Assembly (NCBI GenBank): GCA_001804705.1
Contig: MHAY01000005.1
Location: 11,433-75,432, forward strand
Direction: 5' to 3'
DNA length: 64,000 nt
Source of the DNA: Ignavibacteria bacterium RIFOXYC2_FULL_35_21
Lineage (GTDB): Bacteria > Bacteroidota > Ignavibacteria > Kapaibacteriales > UBA2268
The position numbers were made by a program, and so were the translations under genes. Below the pieces are notes generated by a model, which saw only the letters and a list, made by a program, of their open reading frames with translations, had not been told where the DNA came from and did no database searches. Numbering within the stretch: position 1 is the first letter of the stretch; each line of letters opens with the position of its first letter. Of the stretch, positions 30,519 to 40,000 are shown piece after piece.

Positions 30519-33005
30519 ATGAGATTAAATTCGATTAAAGCTTTTCTTATTAAAGCAGTTATAACTATTCTGCTATTTCTTTCAGTTACGCCTGTGTTTG
30601 CAAGCGAAGCTGAATTAAAAATTCCGGTTTTACTACCACATCAGTTCAATTTATTATTAATTGGAATTGCTGTTTGCGTTCTCGGTATGATTTTCGGGAT
30701 GTATGAATTTTTTCATCTAAAAAAACTTAAAGCACACAACTCTATGCTCGAAGTTGCAGAGCTAATTTTCCAGACAGCCAAAACATACCTCATCCAGCAG
30801 GGAAAATTCCTTGTTCTGCTATTTTTACTTGTCGGCACTGCCATAGCTGTATATTTCGGAGTCCTGAGCAAAGATGAAGCAGGCCACACGATGGGATTTG
30901 GTGGAGTGCTTATTATTCTTGGCTGGTCTGTTGTGGGTATTTTGGGCTCTTATGCTGTTGCATGGTTTGGCATCAGGGTCAATACACTTGCAAACAGCAG
31001 AATGGCTTTTGCATCACTCGAGAAAAAACCTTTGAAGCTTTTAAACATACCACTTCAGGCAGGTATGAGCATCGGTGTTCTTTTAATTTGTGTCGAACTT
31101 ATTATGATGCTTATCATTTTACTTTTCATACCAAGGGAATATGCCGGAGCATGTTTCATCGGTTTTGCAATCGGTGAATCGCTTGGAGCAAGTGCCTTAC
31201 GTATTGCAGGCGGTATTTTCACAAAGATTGCCGACATAGGCTCCGACCTGATGAAAATCGTATTTAATCTTAAAGAAGATGACCCAAGCAATCCGGGTGT
31301 TATAGCGGATTGTGTTGGTGATAATGCGGGCGATAGTGTCGGGCCAACAGCAGACGGTTTTGAAACTTATGGTGTAACGGGCGTTGCACTTATCAGTTTT
31401 ATTGTTCTTGCTGTTTTTTCACAAGAAAATCAAAAAGAACTGTTAACATGGATTTTCATAATGCGTATTGCAATGATATTAACATCACTCGCAGCATTTT
31501 ACATTAATAAATTCATCAGCAAAATTAGGTATTCAAATAAAGATGAGCTTGATTTTGAAGTGCCATTGACCTCCCTTGTCTGGATTACTTCAATCCTTTC
31601 AATAATAATAACTTTTGTTATCAGCTACTGGCAATTATACGGTTTGAAGGACCCGGCTGGAAATCCGACAAATATATGGCTTGTTCTTGCTGTCATCATT
31701 AGCTGTGGTACATTGGGTGCCGCATTAATTCCTGAATTCACTAAAATATTTACCAGCACCAAAGCAAGACATACTAAGGAAGTTGTAATTGCATCCCGTG
31801 AAGGAGGTCCTTCGTTAACAATTCTATCAGGACTTGTTTCAGGCAACTTCAGTGCCTTTTGGCTGGGTATGGTTTTCTTCGTACTAATGTTCATTGCATA
31901 TCAGGCAAGCACTTATGGATTGAATCAATTTATGTCTTATGAATCTATATTTGCATTCGGTCTTGTTGCATTCGGATTTCTCGGAATGGGACCTGTTACA
32001 ATTGCCGTTGACAGCTATGGCCCCGTAACAGATAATGCACAATCAATTTATGAATTGTCAATGATTGAAGGCATATCCGGAATAGACAAAGAAATTGAAA
32101 AAGATTTTGGCTTCAAACCGAATTTTGACAGGGCAAAAGATTATCTCGAAGCAAACGATGGAGCAGGAAATACATTCAAAGCCACCTCAAAGCCTGTACT
32201 AATAGGTACTGCCGTTGTCGGTGCTACGACTATGATTTTCTCACTCATACTCGTTCTAAAGAAAGTCTTGCTTCCTCCGGGTGCTGAAATCACAGACATT
32301 TTAAACATTTTGAATCCATACACAATACTTGGATTCATCTGCGGTGGTGCTGTTATATACTGGTTCACAGGTGCTTCCATGCAGGCTGTTACGACAGGTG
32401 CATATAAAGCTGTCGAGTTTATTAAACAGCATATCAAACTTGATTCAAAATCTTCAGTTGAAAATTCAAAAGAAGTAGTTAAGATTTGCACTCAATACGC
32501 GCAGAAAGGTATGTTCAACATATTTGTTGCGATTTTCTCTTTCGCACTTGCGTTTGCATGTTTCTCAACATCGAGCAAGCCCGCTGACCCGACAAATTTA
32601 AGTTCGGCAATGCCTGCGGCATTCTTCATCAGTTACCTGATTTCAATAGCAATATTCGGATTGTTCCAGGCAGTGTTCATGGCTAATGCAGGCGGTTGCT
32701 GGGACAATGCTAAGAAGATTGTCGAGATTGACCTGAAGGAAAAAGGAACTCCCTTGCATGAGGCAACGGTGATTGGCGACACTGTCGGCGACCCGTTCAA
32801 AGACACATCATCGGTTGCTTTGAACCCAATCATCAAGTTTACGACATTGTTCGGATTGCTTGCGATGGAAATAGCAATCGTTCCCGATTTCGTCGGTACT
32901 GCCCCTTATGTAGGTGGATTCTTCTTCATACTTGCTTTGACATTTGTCTATAGGTCATTCTTCTCGATGAGAATACCACCAAAGCCCGTAGAAGCCACAA
33001 AATAG
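30519..33005 (+). CDS. hppA: Membrane-bound ion-translocating pyrophosphatase (alternative TTG start at 30510)
   Basis: GGIFTKIADIGSDL, EDD..NP..IADCVGDNAGD, DSYGPVTDNA, GNTFKAT, GGCWDNAKK, GDTVGDPFKDT. Confidence 0.95.
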   Translation: MRLNSIKAFLIKAVITILLFLSVTPVFASEAELKIPVLLPHQFNLLLIGIAVCVLGMIFGMYEFFHLKKLKAHNSMLEVAELIFQTAKTYLIQQGKFLVLLFLLVGTAIAVYFGVLSKDEAGHTMGFGGVLIILGWSVVGILGSYAVAWFGIRVNTLANSRMAFASLEKKPLKLLNIPLQAGMSIGVLLICVELIMMLIILLFIPREYAGACFIGFAIGESLGASALRIAGGIFTKIADIGSDLMKIVFNLKEDDPSNPGVIADCVGDNAGDSVGPTADGFETYGVTGVALISFIVLAVFSQENQKELLTWIFIMRIAMILTSLAAFYINKFISKIRYSNKDELDFEVPLTSLVWITSILSIIITFVISYWQLYGLKDPAGNPTNIWLVLAVIISCGTLGAALIPEFTKIFTSTKARHTKEVVIASREGGPSLTILSGLVSGNFSAFWLGMVFFVLMFIAYQASTYGLNQFMSYESIFAFGLVAFGFLGMGPVTIAVDSYGPVTDNAQSIYELSMIEGISGIDKEIEKDFGFKPNFDRAKDYLEANDGAGNTFKATSKPVLIGTAVVGATTMIFSLILVLKKVLLPPGAEITDILNILNPYTILGFICGGAVIYWFTGASMQAVTTGAYKAVEFIKQHIKLDSKSSVENSKEVVKICTQYAQKGMFNIFVAIFSFALAFACFSTSSKPADPTNLSSAMPAAFFISYLISIAIFGLFQAVFMANAGGCWDNAKKIVEIDLKEKGTPLHEATVIGDTVGDPFKDTSSVALNPIIKFTTLFGLLAMEIAIVPDFVGTAPYVGGFFFILALTFVYRSFFSMRIPPKPVEATK

Positions 33006-33030
33006 AAAAACATCATTATTGTTCATAAAA

Positions 33031-33063
33031 GCCCGTATGTTTATTCATGCGGGTTTTTTTTTT
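33031..33063 (+). terminator. Intrinsic terminator after hppA
   Basis: GCCCGTATG-loop-CATGCGGGT followed by a T-run. Confidence 0.75.
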
Positions 33064-33066
33064 GCT

Positions 33067-33093
33067 GTCATTCTGAGAGTAGCGAAGAATCTT
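33067..33093. repeat. TGTCATTCTGAG...GCGAAGAATCT palindromic repeat family
   Basis: Related half-elements near 11935, 44003-44099 and 46333-46360. Confidence 0.6.
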
Positions 33094-33438
33094 TTAGCTT
33101 TATCTGAAAATTATATCAAAGAACGAATTTTTTTAATTTCCTCACCCGAACCCTCTACCATTGTGAGAGGGGAAAATCCCCCTGAATCCCCCTTTTACAA
33201 AGTGGTAAAGTTTACCCAAAATCGTTTTGGTGGGAGAGGAGGGGGGATTTGGTTATCGCAGAAGTCATCTGAAAGATGACGAGTGTAAGGATTTGTAAAT
33301 TCTCTTGTTATCGAGATTTCATTGCTTTCAGGATTAGCCGAAGCAATTAATTTGTCCTGTTTTGTCTCGTTTTGTCCTATTTTTTTTAATTTTTCCATAA
33401 CTGTTTAGTAATAATTGTTGATTTATAAGAAATATTCA

Positions 33439-34194
33439 TTATTGTGAATATGGAATATTTGTCTCATTTTGTCCTGTTTTGTCCGAATTTGTCCTATTGT
33501 TGTCCTGTTGGTTGTTACTATTTTGGACATCATCGGCTGTTAATTTATTCAGTGCATCCACATCTAATTTGTAGTCATTTTTTGTGAAGGCAGAGGGCAG
33601 AACCGGGGATATTTTCTCTTTCAAATCGGGAGGCGTCATGGACGGAGCCCATGAGCCGGAAATCCTGTCCCTGAAAACTTTTACGATATCTAATCGTTGC
33701 CCTGAAACATCTTTGATGATGTCGGAGACGGAAAAATTCTGCATCTTCATCATATAGGCGAGTAGGCGGGCGACTTTATTGAGAAAGTCCATTTTTTCTT
33801 TAACGTCGGGCAGATTATATGCCTTGTCATAATAGGTGAGGTAGTTTTGCAATTGGTCGAGAGCATCCTGATAGGAAGCGGAAAGTGAGATTCGCTGGTT
33901 GATTTTTCTGTAGTTTAATTCGGACATATCTGCGGATGTTTCGTTGTAAAGATCCCTGTAAATCTGCCTGTCGAAGAAGAAGGCACGTTGTTTCCAGTTC
34001 CATTTTTTGGCGATGCGGCAAATAGTGCGTGGTGAATAGCCGGAAATTTTTGCGACACGGGTGAAAGAACGGTCATGCCGCATGTCAACGTAGATGCAAA
34101 AAAGGAAATAGACTTTTTCGGATTCCTCGGGCTGACGAAACCAAGGGTATTCTTTTTGTTTTGGCTGTTCCTGAGTTGTTTTTTCTTCGTCCAT
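33439..34194 (-). CDS. Hypothetical HTH protein resembling phage terminase-small-subunit-like N-terminal domains
   Basis: W.RQPEES.K.Y..F..Y.DM...RS..RVAK......I.R.AKKWNW..RA...D pattern (recognised from memory only). Confidence 0.55.
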   Translation of the reverse strand: MDEEKTTQEQPKQKEYPWFRQPEESEKVYFLFCIYVDMRHDRSFTRVAKISGYSPRTICRIAKKWNWKQRAFFFDRQIYRDLYNETSADMSELNYRKINQRISLSASYQDALDQLQNYLTYYDKAYNLPDVKEKMDFLNKVARLLAYMMKMQNFSVSDIIKDVSGQRLDIVKVFRDRISGSWAPSMTPPDLKEKISPVLPSAFTKNDYKLDVDALNKLTADDVQNSNNQQDNNRTNSDKTGQNETNIPYSQ

Positions 34195-34544
34195 TTTTTT
34201 TCTCCTTTGAAAATTTTTTACGGTAAAATTAAGTGAGTAGATATGATATATATAGAAAACGGTTTTAAAAGGATTTTAAAATGGTTTGGAAAATATAGAC
34301 TATTAGACTGTAGACTATTAGACTGTAAGGAAGAAGAAATTTATTTGACACAAAGGGCAGGGAGGGAAGACATAAATGACATGAAGGACGTAAATTGTCT
34401 GAACAGGATTTGTGGGATTAAATGATGGACAGGATTTTTTTTTAAATATATATTGTATTTTTAATAGTATTTGATTAAGTTTAGTAATTCAATATATGAT
34501 TTGAAAAAAGAATGATTATACAACTCTTCTAAAAGTCTATCGTT

Positions 34545-35372
34545 ATGAGCAACATAAATGATTTTATGAAAAACGCTAAAGGATTATCAAAAAATCCGCT
34601 GGGAATTATTGCATTGTTTATCTCAATGATTTATGGTTTTGCTTGTTTAGTACTTGGAGTGAGTTTAAATAACCTCAATACACTTTGTGAAAGATTACCT
34701 TTGATTTGGTTTATTATAATTTTTCCATTATTTATGTTAGGCACTTTTATATTTCTTGTTGTTAAACACCATGAAAAACTTTATGCTCCAAGCGAATACA
34801 GATATGAAAGAAATTTTTTTGGTTCACCATCAAATAAAGAGGTACCCTCTGATTTAGATAATTTAATAGTATATGTTGAATCAACCGAAATAGATACAAT
34901 ACAAAAGAAAGAGATTATAGAAGAAATTAAAAAAGTTAAAGAAAAATCAAAAACGATACCAATACCAATAAATAATTTGTGGAATCTAAATCATTGGGGA
35001 AGTAATTGTGCTAGTATTATTGATAATAAGATGGTATTTACTGGAACATCAGCACCAGAAGGAAAAGATGGTTCACATATAAATTTATTTAATATTCTTG
35101 AAAATGGTAAAACTTATGAAATATCATGTTTTGCAAAATCTGATATTGGTACAGAAGCAAAATTTCAATTGTGGTGCCATGATCAAAAAGATCCAAATTC
35201 TAGTAGAACTACTGTTGCAACTGATTATAAGATACCCTCGTACAATGGCGAGAAATTCAGTTTGAACTTTAAAGCTGAGTACAATAATGATATAAGAATT
35301 CATTTACAATATTTACCAGGAAAGGGAAGAATCGAAGTTCGTGATGTAAGAATTTCAGAATTGAAAGCATAA
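34545..35372 (+). CDS. Hypothetical 2-TM protein with C-terminal carbohydrate-binding-like beta-sandwich
   Basis: LSKNPLGIIALFI...KLYAP.E N-terminal TM pair; LENGKTYEISCFAKS CBM-like motif. Confidence 0.6.
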   Translation: MSNINDFMKNAKGLSKNPLGIIALFISMIYGFACLVLGVSLNNLNTLCERLPLIWFIIIFPLFMLGTFIFLVVKHHEKLYAPSEYRYERNFFGSPSNKEVPSDLDNLIVYVESTEIDTIQKKEIIEEIKKVKEKSKTIPIPINNLWNLNHWGSNCASIIDNKMVFTGTSAPEGKDGSHINLFNILENGKTYEISCFAKSDIGTEAKFQLWCHDQKDPNSSRTTVATDYKIPSYNGEKFSLNFKAEYNNDIRIHLQYLPGKGRIEVRDVRISELKA

Positions 35373-35456
35373 TATAAACAATTGGTACCAATGCATTATA
35401 AGATAGATTGTATTTAATTAAATTTAATATAATTAATAAAGGAGATTTGAAATGCA

Positions 35457-35753
35457 ATGGGTTTGGACATGGAGTGGCTTTTTTTTGGTTATCTCAATGA
35501 TGGAAATCTTTGGACATATGATGGAAAGCATATTGGGAAACTTCACAATGATGAAATTTACAGTGCGAATGGGCAGTATATTGGCGAACTTAAAAACAAC
35601 AATCGTCTAATTACCAATATATCCAAGAAAACAAAAATAATGTTTTCCTTTTCACCATGTGGTCAAAGAATTAGTTATGTAAAATATACAGATTATGTTG
35701 GTAATGTTATGTATGTCGGGTATGAAGATTTTCCATCACCAGATAGTTTTTAG
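35457..35753 (+). CDS. Small beta-repeat protein (4-fold beta-flower-like)
   Basis: Repeated LWTYDGKHIGKL / IYSANGQYIGEL. Confidence 0.6.
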   Translation: MGLDMEWLFFGYLNDGNLWTYDGKHIGKLHNDEIYSANGQYIGELKNNNRLITNISKKTKIMFSFSPCGQRISYVKYTDYVGNVMYVGYEDFPSPDSF

Positions 35754-35886
35754 ATATATGAATGTTAGTCAATTGCCATAAAATTTTTAAGAATTCATAT
35801 AAGATTGAATGATTATCATATAAATTTTTTTTTAATATTTCATAAAATATTAAGATTTTTATTTTTAAATAATAATGTAAGAACTT

Positions 35887-36423
35887 ATGGATTCACAAAC
35901 CCAAACTTCAGAACCTATGTTGAAAGACAAGACTGTCGAGAATGCTAGAACTGGTTACAATACTGCAATTAACCTTTGGATTTATGAAGGTACTCTTATT
36001 TGGAACAAGTTTACAGCAATGGTTTATGCCAATACTATTTTGCTTATTACGATTGGTGTTATTATAACGGGAAACCGGTGGCGAGAGTTATGTCTAATAT
36101 TATTTGTTCTATGTTTTTTAGGAATTATCCTTTGTATATGTTGGTATATTATGAATAAACGTAGTTTTAAATTTTATAAATACTGGATTATGTCGGCTCG
36201 CGAACTAGAAGAACAATATCTTGAACCAATAAAAATAATAAGTAGGGGTGGAGATTATGCTGATAATAAAGAAGTAAAAATAAGTCTTGATACAGGTGAT
36301 ATGCATCTTATAATAAAAGGTATGGCAAAAAGGAAAGTTGAAAATGTTGTTAATGTCATTATTTGTATTTTCATATTTGTTTACATTGTTATTATGTTTC
36401 ATTATCTGATTTTTTTAAAATAA
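35887..36423 (+). CDS. Hypothetical membrane protein (RipA/octameric membrane protein-like)
   Basis: Y....W.YE...IW.K, two TMs, W...ARELE amphipathic helix, third TM. Confidence 0.55.
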   Translation: MDSQTQTSEPMLKDKTVENARTGYNTAINLWIYEGTLIWNKFTAMVYANTILLITIGVIITGNRWRELCLILFVLCFLGIILCICWYIMNKRSFKFYKYWIMSARELEEQYLEPIKIISRGGDYADNKEVKISLDTGDMHLIIKGMAKRKVENVVNVIICIFIFVYIVIMFHYLIFLK

Positions 36424-36702
36424 AAATTACTTTGGTTTATACTTTCTTTATTGAAAAATAAATTATATTAGTTGTATATTATTATAATATAAAAATGAGT
36501 AAGAATTATTATTAATTAATATTATTTCATTCTTTCTTATTTTCACAGATTTTCCACCACATCTCCTCATACTTCTTGATAGGCTTCAATCTGTCAATAA
36601 TATATAATCCCTACAGGATAAAGGTAATTGTTGTTGTTTTGTTTTCTACTAAAATATAATCACTACGTGATAAACCGCCATTCAACACTCAAAACTCAAC
36701 AC

Positions 36703-36796
36703 TCAAAACTTCCACTTGATATTGCACCCAATACTCGGCTTCTGCTCCTGGCTCACAGGCATCCCGGCGAGAATGTTGTCGAGTGCTGAACGAATG
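36703..36796 (-). pseudogene. Detached, diverged copy of the last ~30 codons of the thioredoxin-family gene
   Basis: Translates IRSALDNILAGMPVSQEQKPSIGCNIKWKF* versus IRSALDNILAGKHVSQEQKPSIGCNIKWKC* in 37182..37739. Confidence 0.85.
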
Positions 36797-36883
36797 GATT
36801 TTTGTTTTTAAATCGGATATAGTTAATTTAACAAGTGTTATTTTTTTTCGTGAAAACAATTGGTACTTTTGAGTGAGCAAATT

Positions 36884-37111
36884 ATGAAATTCAATTATGA
36901 CAAAGAAACAGATGCTCTTTATATAAATTTTATTGATGAGCCCGGGGTTGATTCATTCGAAATGGCTCCTGATTATATAGTTGATGTTGATGCAACTGGA
37001 CGGGTTTTGGGGCTTGAAGTTCTTAATGTGAAGAAAAAATTTAATTTTGATTCTATAATATTCAATAGCCTACCGGTTAAGGATGTACAGTTTGTCGGTC
37101 AACCTATTTAA
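36884..37111 (+). CDS. DUF2283-family small protein
   Basis: MKFNYDKETDALYINF...VDVDATGRVLGLEVLN. Confidence 0.85.
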   Translation: MKFNYDKETDALYINFIDEPGVDSFEMAPDYIVDVDATGRVLGLEVLNVKKKFNFDSIIFNSLPVKDVQFVGQPI

Positions 37112-37181
37112 TAATATTAAGCTATCATTTAGAGTTTTCTATTAATATATAATCACTACGTGATAAACCGCCATTCAACAC

Positions 37182-37739
37182 TCAACACTTCCATTTGATA
37201 TTGCATCCGATGCTCGGCTTCTGCTCTTGGCTCACATGTTTCCCTGCGAGAATGTTATCGAGTGCTGAACGAATGTCGGAACCTGTAACAGCCATTCCAT
37301 TGCCCGGTCGGGAGTCATCGAATTGCCCGCGATAAACAAGCTTCAAATCTTTGTCGAACACGTAGAAATCTGGTGTGCATGCGGCTTTGTAGGCTTTGGC
37401 AACTTCCTGGGACTCATCAAAAAGATAAGGAAATTTATAGCCGAGTTCTTCAGCAGTGAGCTTCATACTCTCAGGAGAATCTTCGGGATAATTCTCAACA
37501 TCATTAGAGCTGATGCCGATAAATGAAATCCCTTTTAGCAAATAGTTATTTGATAATGAGACTAATTCAGAATTGATGTGTTTGACATAAGGGCAGTGAT
37601 TGCATAAGAACATAATAACCGTTGCAAGAGCCGATTTCAATTCGCCGAGTGAAAGTGTATTTCCCGAAACAGTGTCGAACAATGTGAAAACGGGTGCCGC
37701 TATCCCCAGCGGGAGCATATTTGATGGTGTTGCTGACAT
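37182..37739 (-). CDS. Thioredoxin-fold AhpC/TSA-family protein
   Basis: FLCNHCPYV, AYKAACTPDFYVFD, YRGQFDDSRP, PSIGCNIKW. Confidence 0.9.
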   Translation of the reverse strand: MSATPSNMLPLGIAAPVFTLFDTVSGNTLSLGELKSALATVIMFLCNHCPYVKHINSELVSLSNNYLLKGISFIGISSNDVENYPEDSPESMKLTAEELGYKFPYLFDESQEVAKAYKAACTPDFYVFDKDLKLVYRGQFDDSRPGNGMAVTGSDIRSALDNILAGKHVSQEQKPSIGCNIKWKC

Positions 37740-37827
37740 AATTTTCCTAATTCATTATTAAAATAAAACAAATAAAAACATTAAACGTGGTTTACCAAAA
37801 TTTTATTTGAAGGCGAGAAGAAAATAA

Positions 37828-39600
37828 TTGAGCAAACAGGAAGATATAGAATACAAAGCGATTGACCTGAAAATCCTGAAACGGCTTCTGGTCTATCTCA
37901 AGCCATATAAGAAGTGGGTTGCGGTTTCTGTTGTTATTACGATTATCTCATCAGCACTTGCACCTGTTCTGCCTTACCTGACAAAAATCGCTGTTGATGA
38001 GTACATTGAACCGAAGAATTGGAATGGTTTGATTGGAATAATATTTGCAATTGGTGTTCTTTTACTTCTGAATGCTTTTCTGAGGTTTGTACTGACATAC
38101 CTAATGCAATGGCTCGGGCAGAAGGTTCTCTTTGATGTCCGCATGTCTGTGTTCAGGCATATTCAATCGCTGAACATGAGGTTTTACGATACTAATCCAG
38201 TAGGAAGACTCGTTACACGTGTTACAAATGATGTTGAAGGATTGAATGAACTTTTCTCCCAGGGTGTGGTGATGATTGCTGCAGACATCATGCTTATATT
38301 CTGGATAATTGGTTTTATGTTCTACACCAACTGGGAACTCAGCCTTCTGACCTTATCAATAGTACCAATACTGTTATTATCAACAGTTATTTTCAGAAAA
38401 AGAGTGAGAGTGCTGTTCCGTGACATCAGGCTCAGAGTAGCTGAAATGAATACTTTTTTGAATGAGTTCGTTTCAGGAATTAATACCGTGAAGGTTTTTA
38501 CACAGGAAGAAAATCAGAATAAAAAGTTTGACAGTATAAATGCAAAACATAAAGAGCTTTGGGTCAGGACAGTATTTTATTATGCGATATTCTTTCCGAC
38601 AGTCGAAATGCTCAGTGCTATTGCACTCGGAATTGTGTTATGGTATGCCGCCGGAAATATACTTTCGGGAATAATGACTGTGGGTATTTTGATAGCATTC
38701 ACACAATATGCAGAAATGTTTTTCAGGCCTATAAGAGACCTGACCGAGAAGTTCACAACATTACAGAGCGCTATGGCATCGGCAGAGCGAATACTCAGTA
38801 TCCTCGATACAAAAGACATAGCTGATGATAAGCCGGATGCAAAAGATATGCTGGGATTTCATAAGGCAATTGAATTTAAGAATGTGTCATTCAGTTACGA
38901 TTCTGCAAAATGGGTTTTGAAGGATGTAACTTTCACAGTCAATAAAGGCGAGACTGTCGCAATAGTGGGAGCCACTGGGGCAGGGAAGACTTCGATAATA
39001 AATTTGCTTTGCAGGTTCTATGATTACAATGAAGGTGAGATTCTCATTGATGAAACAGATATTAGGAACTTAAATCAAAATTCGCTGAGGGAACATTTTG
39101 CTTTGGTGATGCAGGATGTATATTTATTTTCAAGAACGCTCGCTGAAAATATTTCACTTGGTAAGGAACATGTTAGTGATGAAGATATACGAAGAGCTGC
39201 ATCAGCACTCGGTGCCGCAGAATTTATCGAAAGGCTTACATCGGGATACGATACCGAAATGATAGACAGAGGCTCGGCACTTTCGGCAGGGCAGAGGCAG
39301 TTAATAGCCTTTTGCAGAGCTTATGCTATGAATCCCGAAATTTTGATTTTAGATGAGGCAACATCAAATATTGATTCCGAAACTGAAAGAATAATTGAAC
39401 AATCACTCGAAAAACTTTTGGAGAATAGAACATCAATTATCATTGCACACCGCCTGTCAACAATCCGCAGAGCGGATAAAATCATCGTTCTGCATAAAGG
39501 TACAATCAGGGAAATCGGAACACACAGAGAATTGTTAGCATTAAATGGAATCTATGCAAGACTGTACCAATTGCAGTTTAAAGAGCAAATTGCGGCGTGA
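37828..39600 (+). CDS. ABC transporter, fused permease/ATP-binding (MsbA/MdlB-like exporter)
   Basis: Six TMs, GATGAGKT, LSAGQRQL, LDEATS, IAHRLST. Confidence 0.93.
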   Translation: MSKQEDIEYKAIDLKILKRLLVYLKPYKKWVAVSVVITIISSALAPVLPYLTKIAVDEYIEPKNWNGLIGIIFAIGVLLLLNAFLRFVLTYLMQWLGQKVLFDVRMSVFRHIQSLNMRFYDTNPVGRLVTRVTNDVEGLNELFSQGVVMIAADIMLIFWIIGFMFYTNWELSLLTLSIVPILLLSTVIFRKRVRVLFRDIRLRVAEMNTFLNEFVSGINTVKVFTQEENQNKKFDSINAKHKELWVRTVFYYAIFFPTVEMLSAIALGIVLWYAAGNILSGIMTVGILIAFTQYAEMFFRPIRDLTEKFTTLQSAMASAERILSILDTKDIADDKPDAKDMLGFHKAIEFKNVSFSYDSAKWVLKDVTFTVNKGETVAIVGATGAGKTSIINLLCRFYDYNEGEILIDETDIRNLNQNSLREHFALVMQDVYLFSRTLAENISLGKEHVSDEDIRRAASALGAAEFIERLTSGYDTEMIDRGSALSAGQRQLIAFCRAYAMNPEILILDEATSNIDSETERIIEQSLEKLLENRTSIIIAHRLSTIRRADKIIVLHKGTIREIGTHRELLALNGIYARLYQLQFKEQIAA

Positions 39601-39668
39601 GTATAATGAATTTTGAATGTTAGATGTTGAATTTTGAATTGAAAATAGTAGGCATAAAGAGAGATTAT

Positions 39669-39896
39669 TTATGCAGTGATTTTAAATTGGGATAAATCTT
39701 TCATTAAATCTTGAACCGAACCATGTTTTACATTACCAGCATTATAGTTTACTTCAGCTTCACGAACTGCATTAATAAGTTTCTCTCTCTTACTTTGATT
39801 AACCTGCTTTTGAAAAATATCAACGAGATACTCCTGGGATTCAATATCAAGAGTAGAAAAATCCTCAACTATTGTATTAATATCGTTTTTATTCAT
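39669..39896 (-). CDS. Small hypothetical protein, antitoxin-like
   Basis: 75 aa from MNKND with SD AAGGA; C-terminal EAEVNYNAGNVKHGSVQDLMKDL resembles type II antitoxin tails. Confidence 0.5.
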   Translation of the reverse strand: MNKNDINTIVEDFSTLDIESQEYLVDIFQKQVNQSKREKLINAVREAEVNYNAGNVKHGSVQDLMKDLSQFKITA

Positions 39897-40000
39897 AATA
39901 TTTCCTTTTTTATTCAGAAAACGATAAGATATCATTATTATTTTTTTTACTAGAAATAACCAATATAATAACTTAAAAAAAAAGAATTAATATTAGCAGA

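Noticed and set aside
33195..36423. Prophage or integron cassette array
   Set aside because: No integrase, structural genes or recognisable paired attC boxes between the ORFs.
36641..37275. Duplicated segment as a DGR template/variable repeat pair
   Set aside because: Mismatches are not confined to adenines on either strand and are mostly synonymous; no RT nearby.
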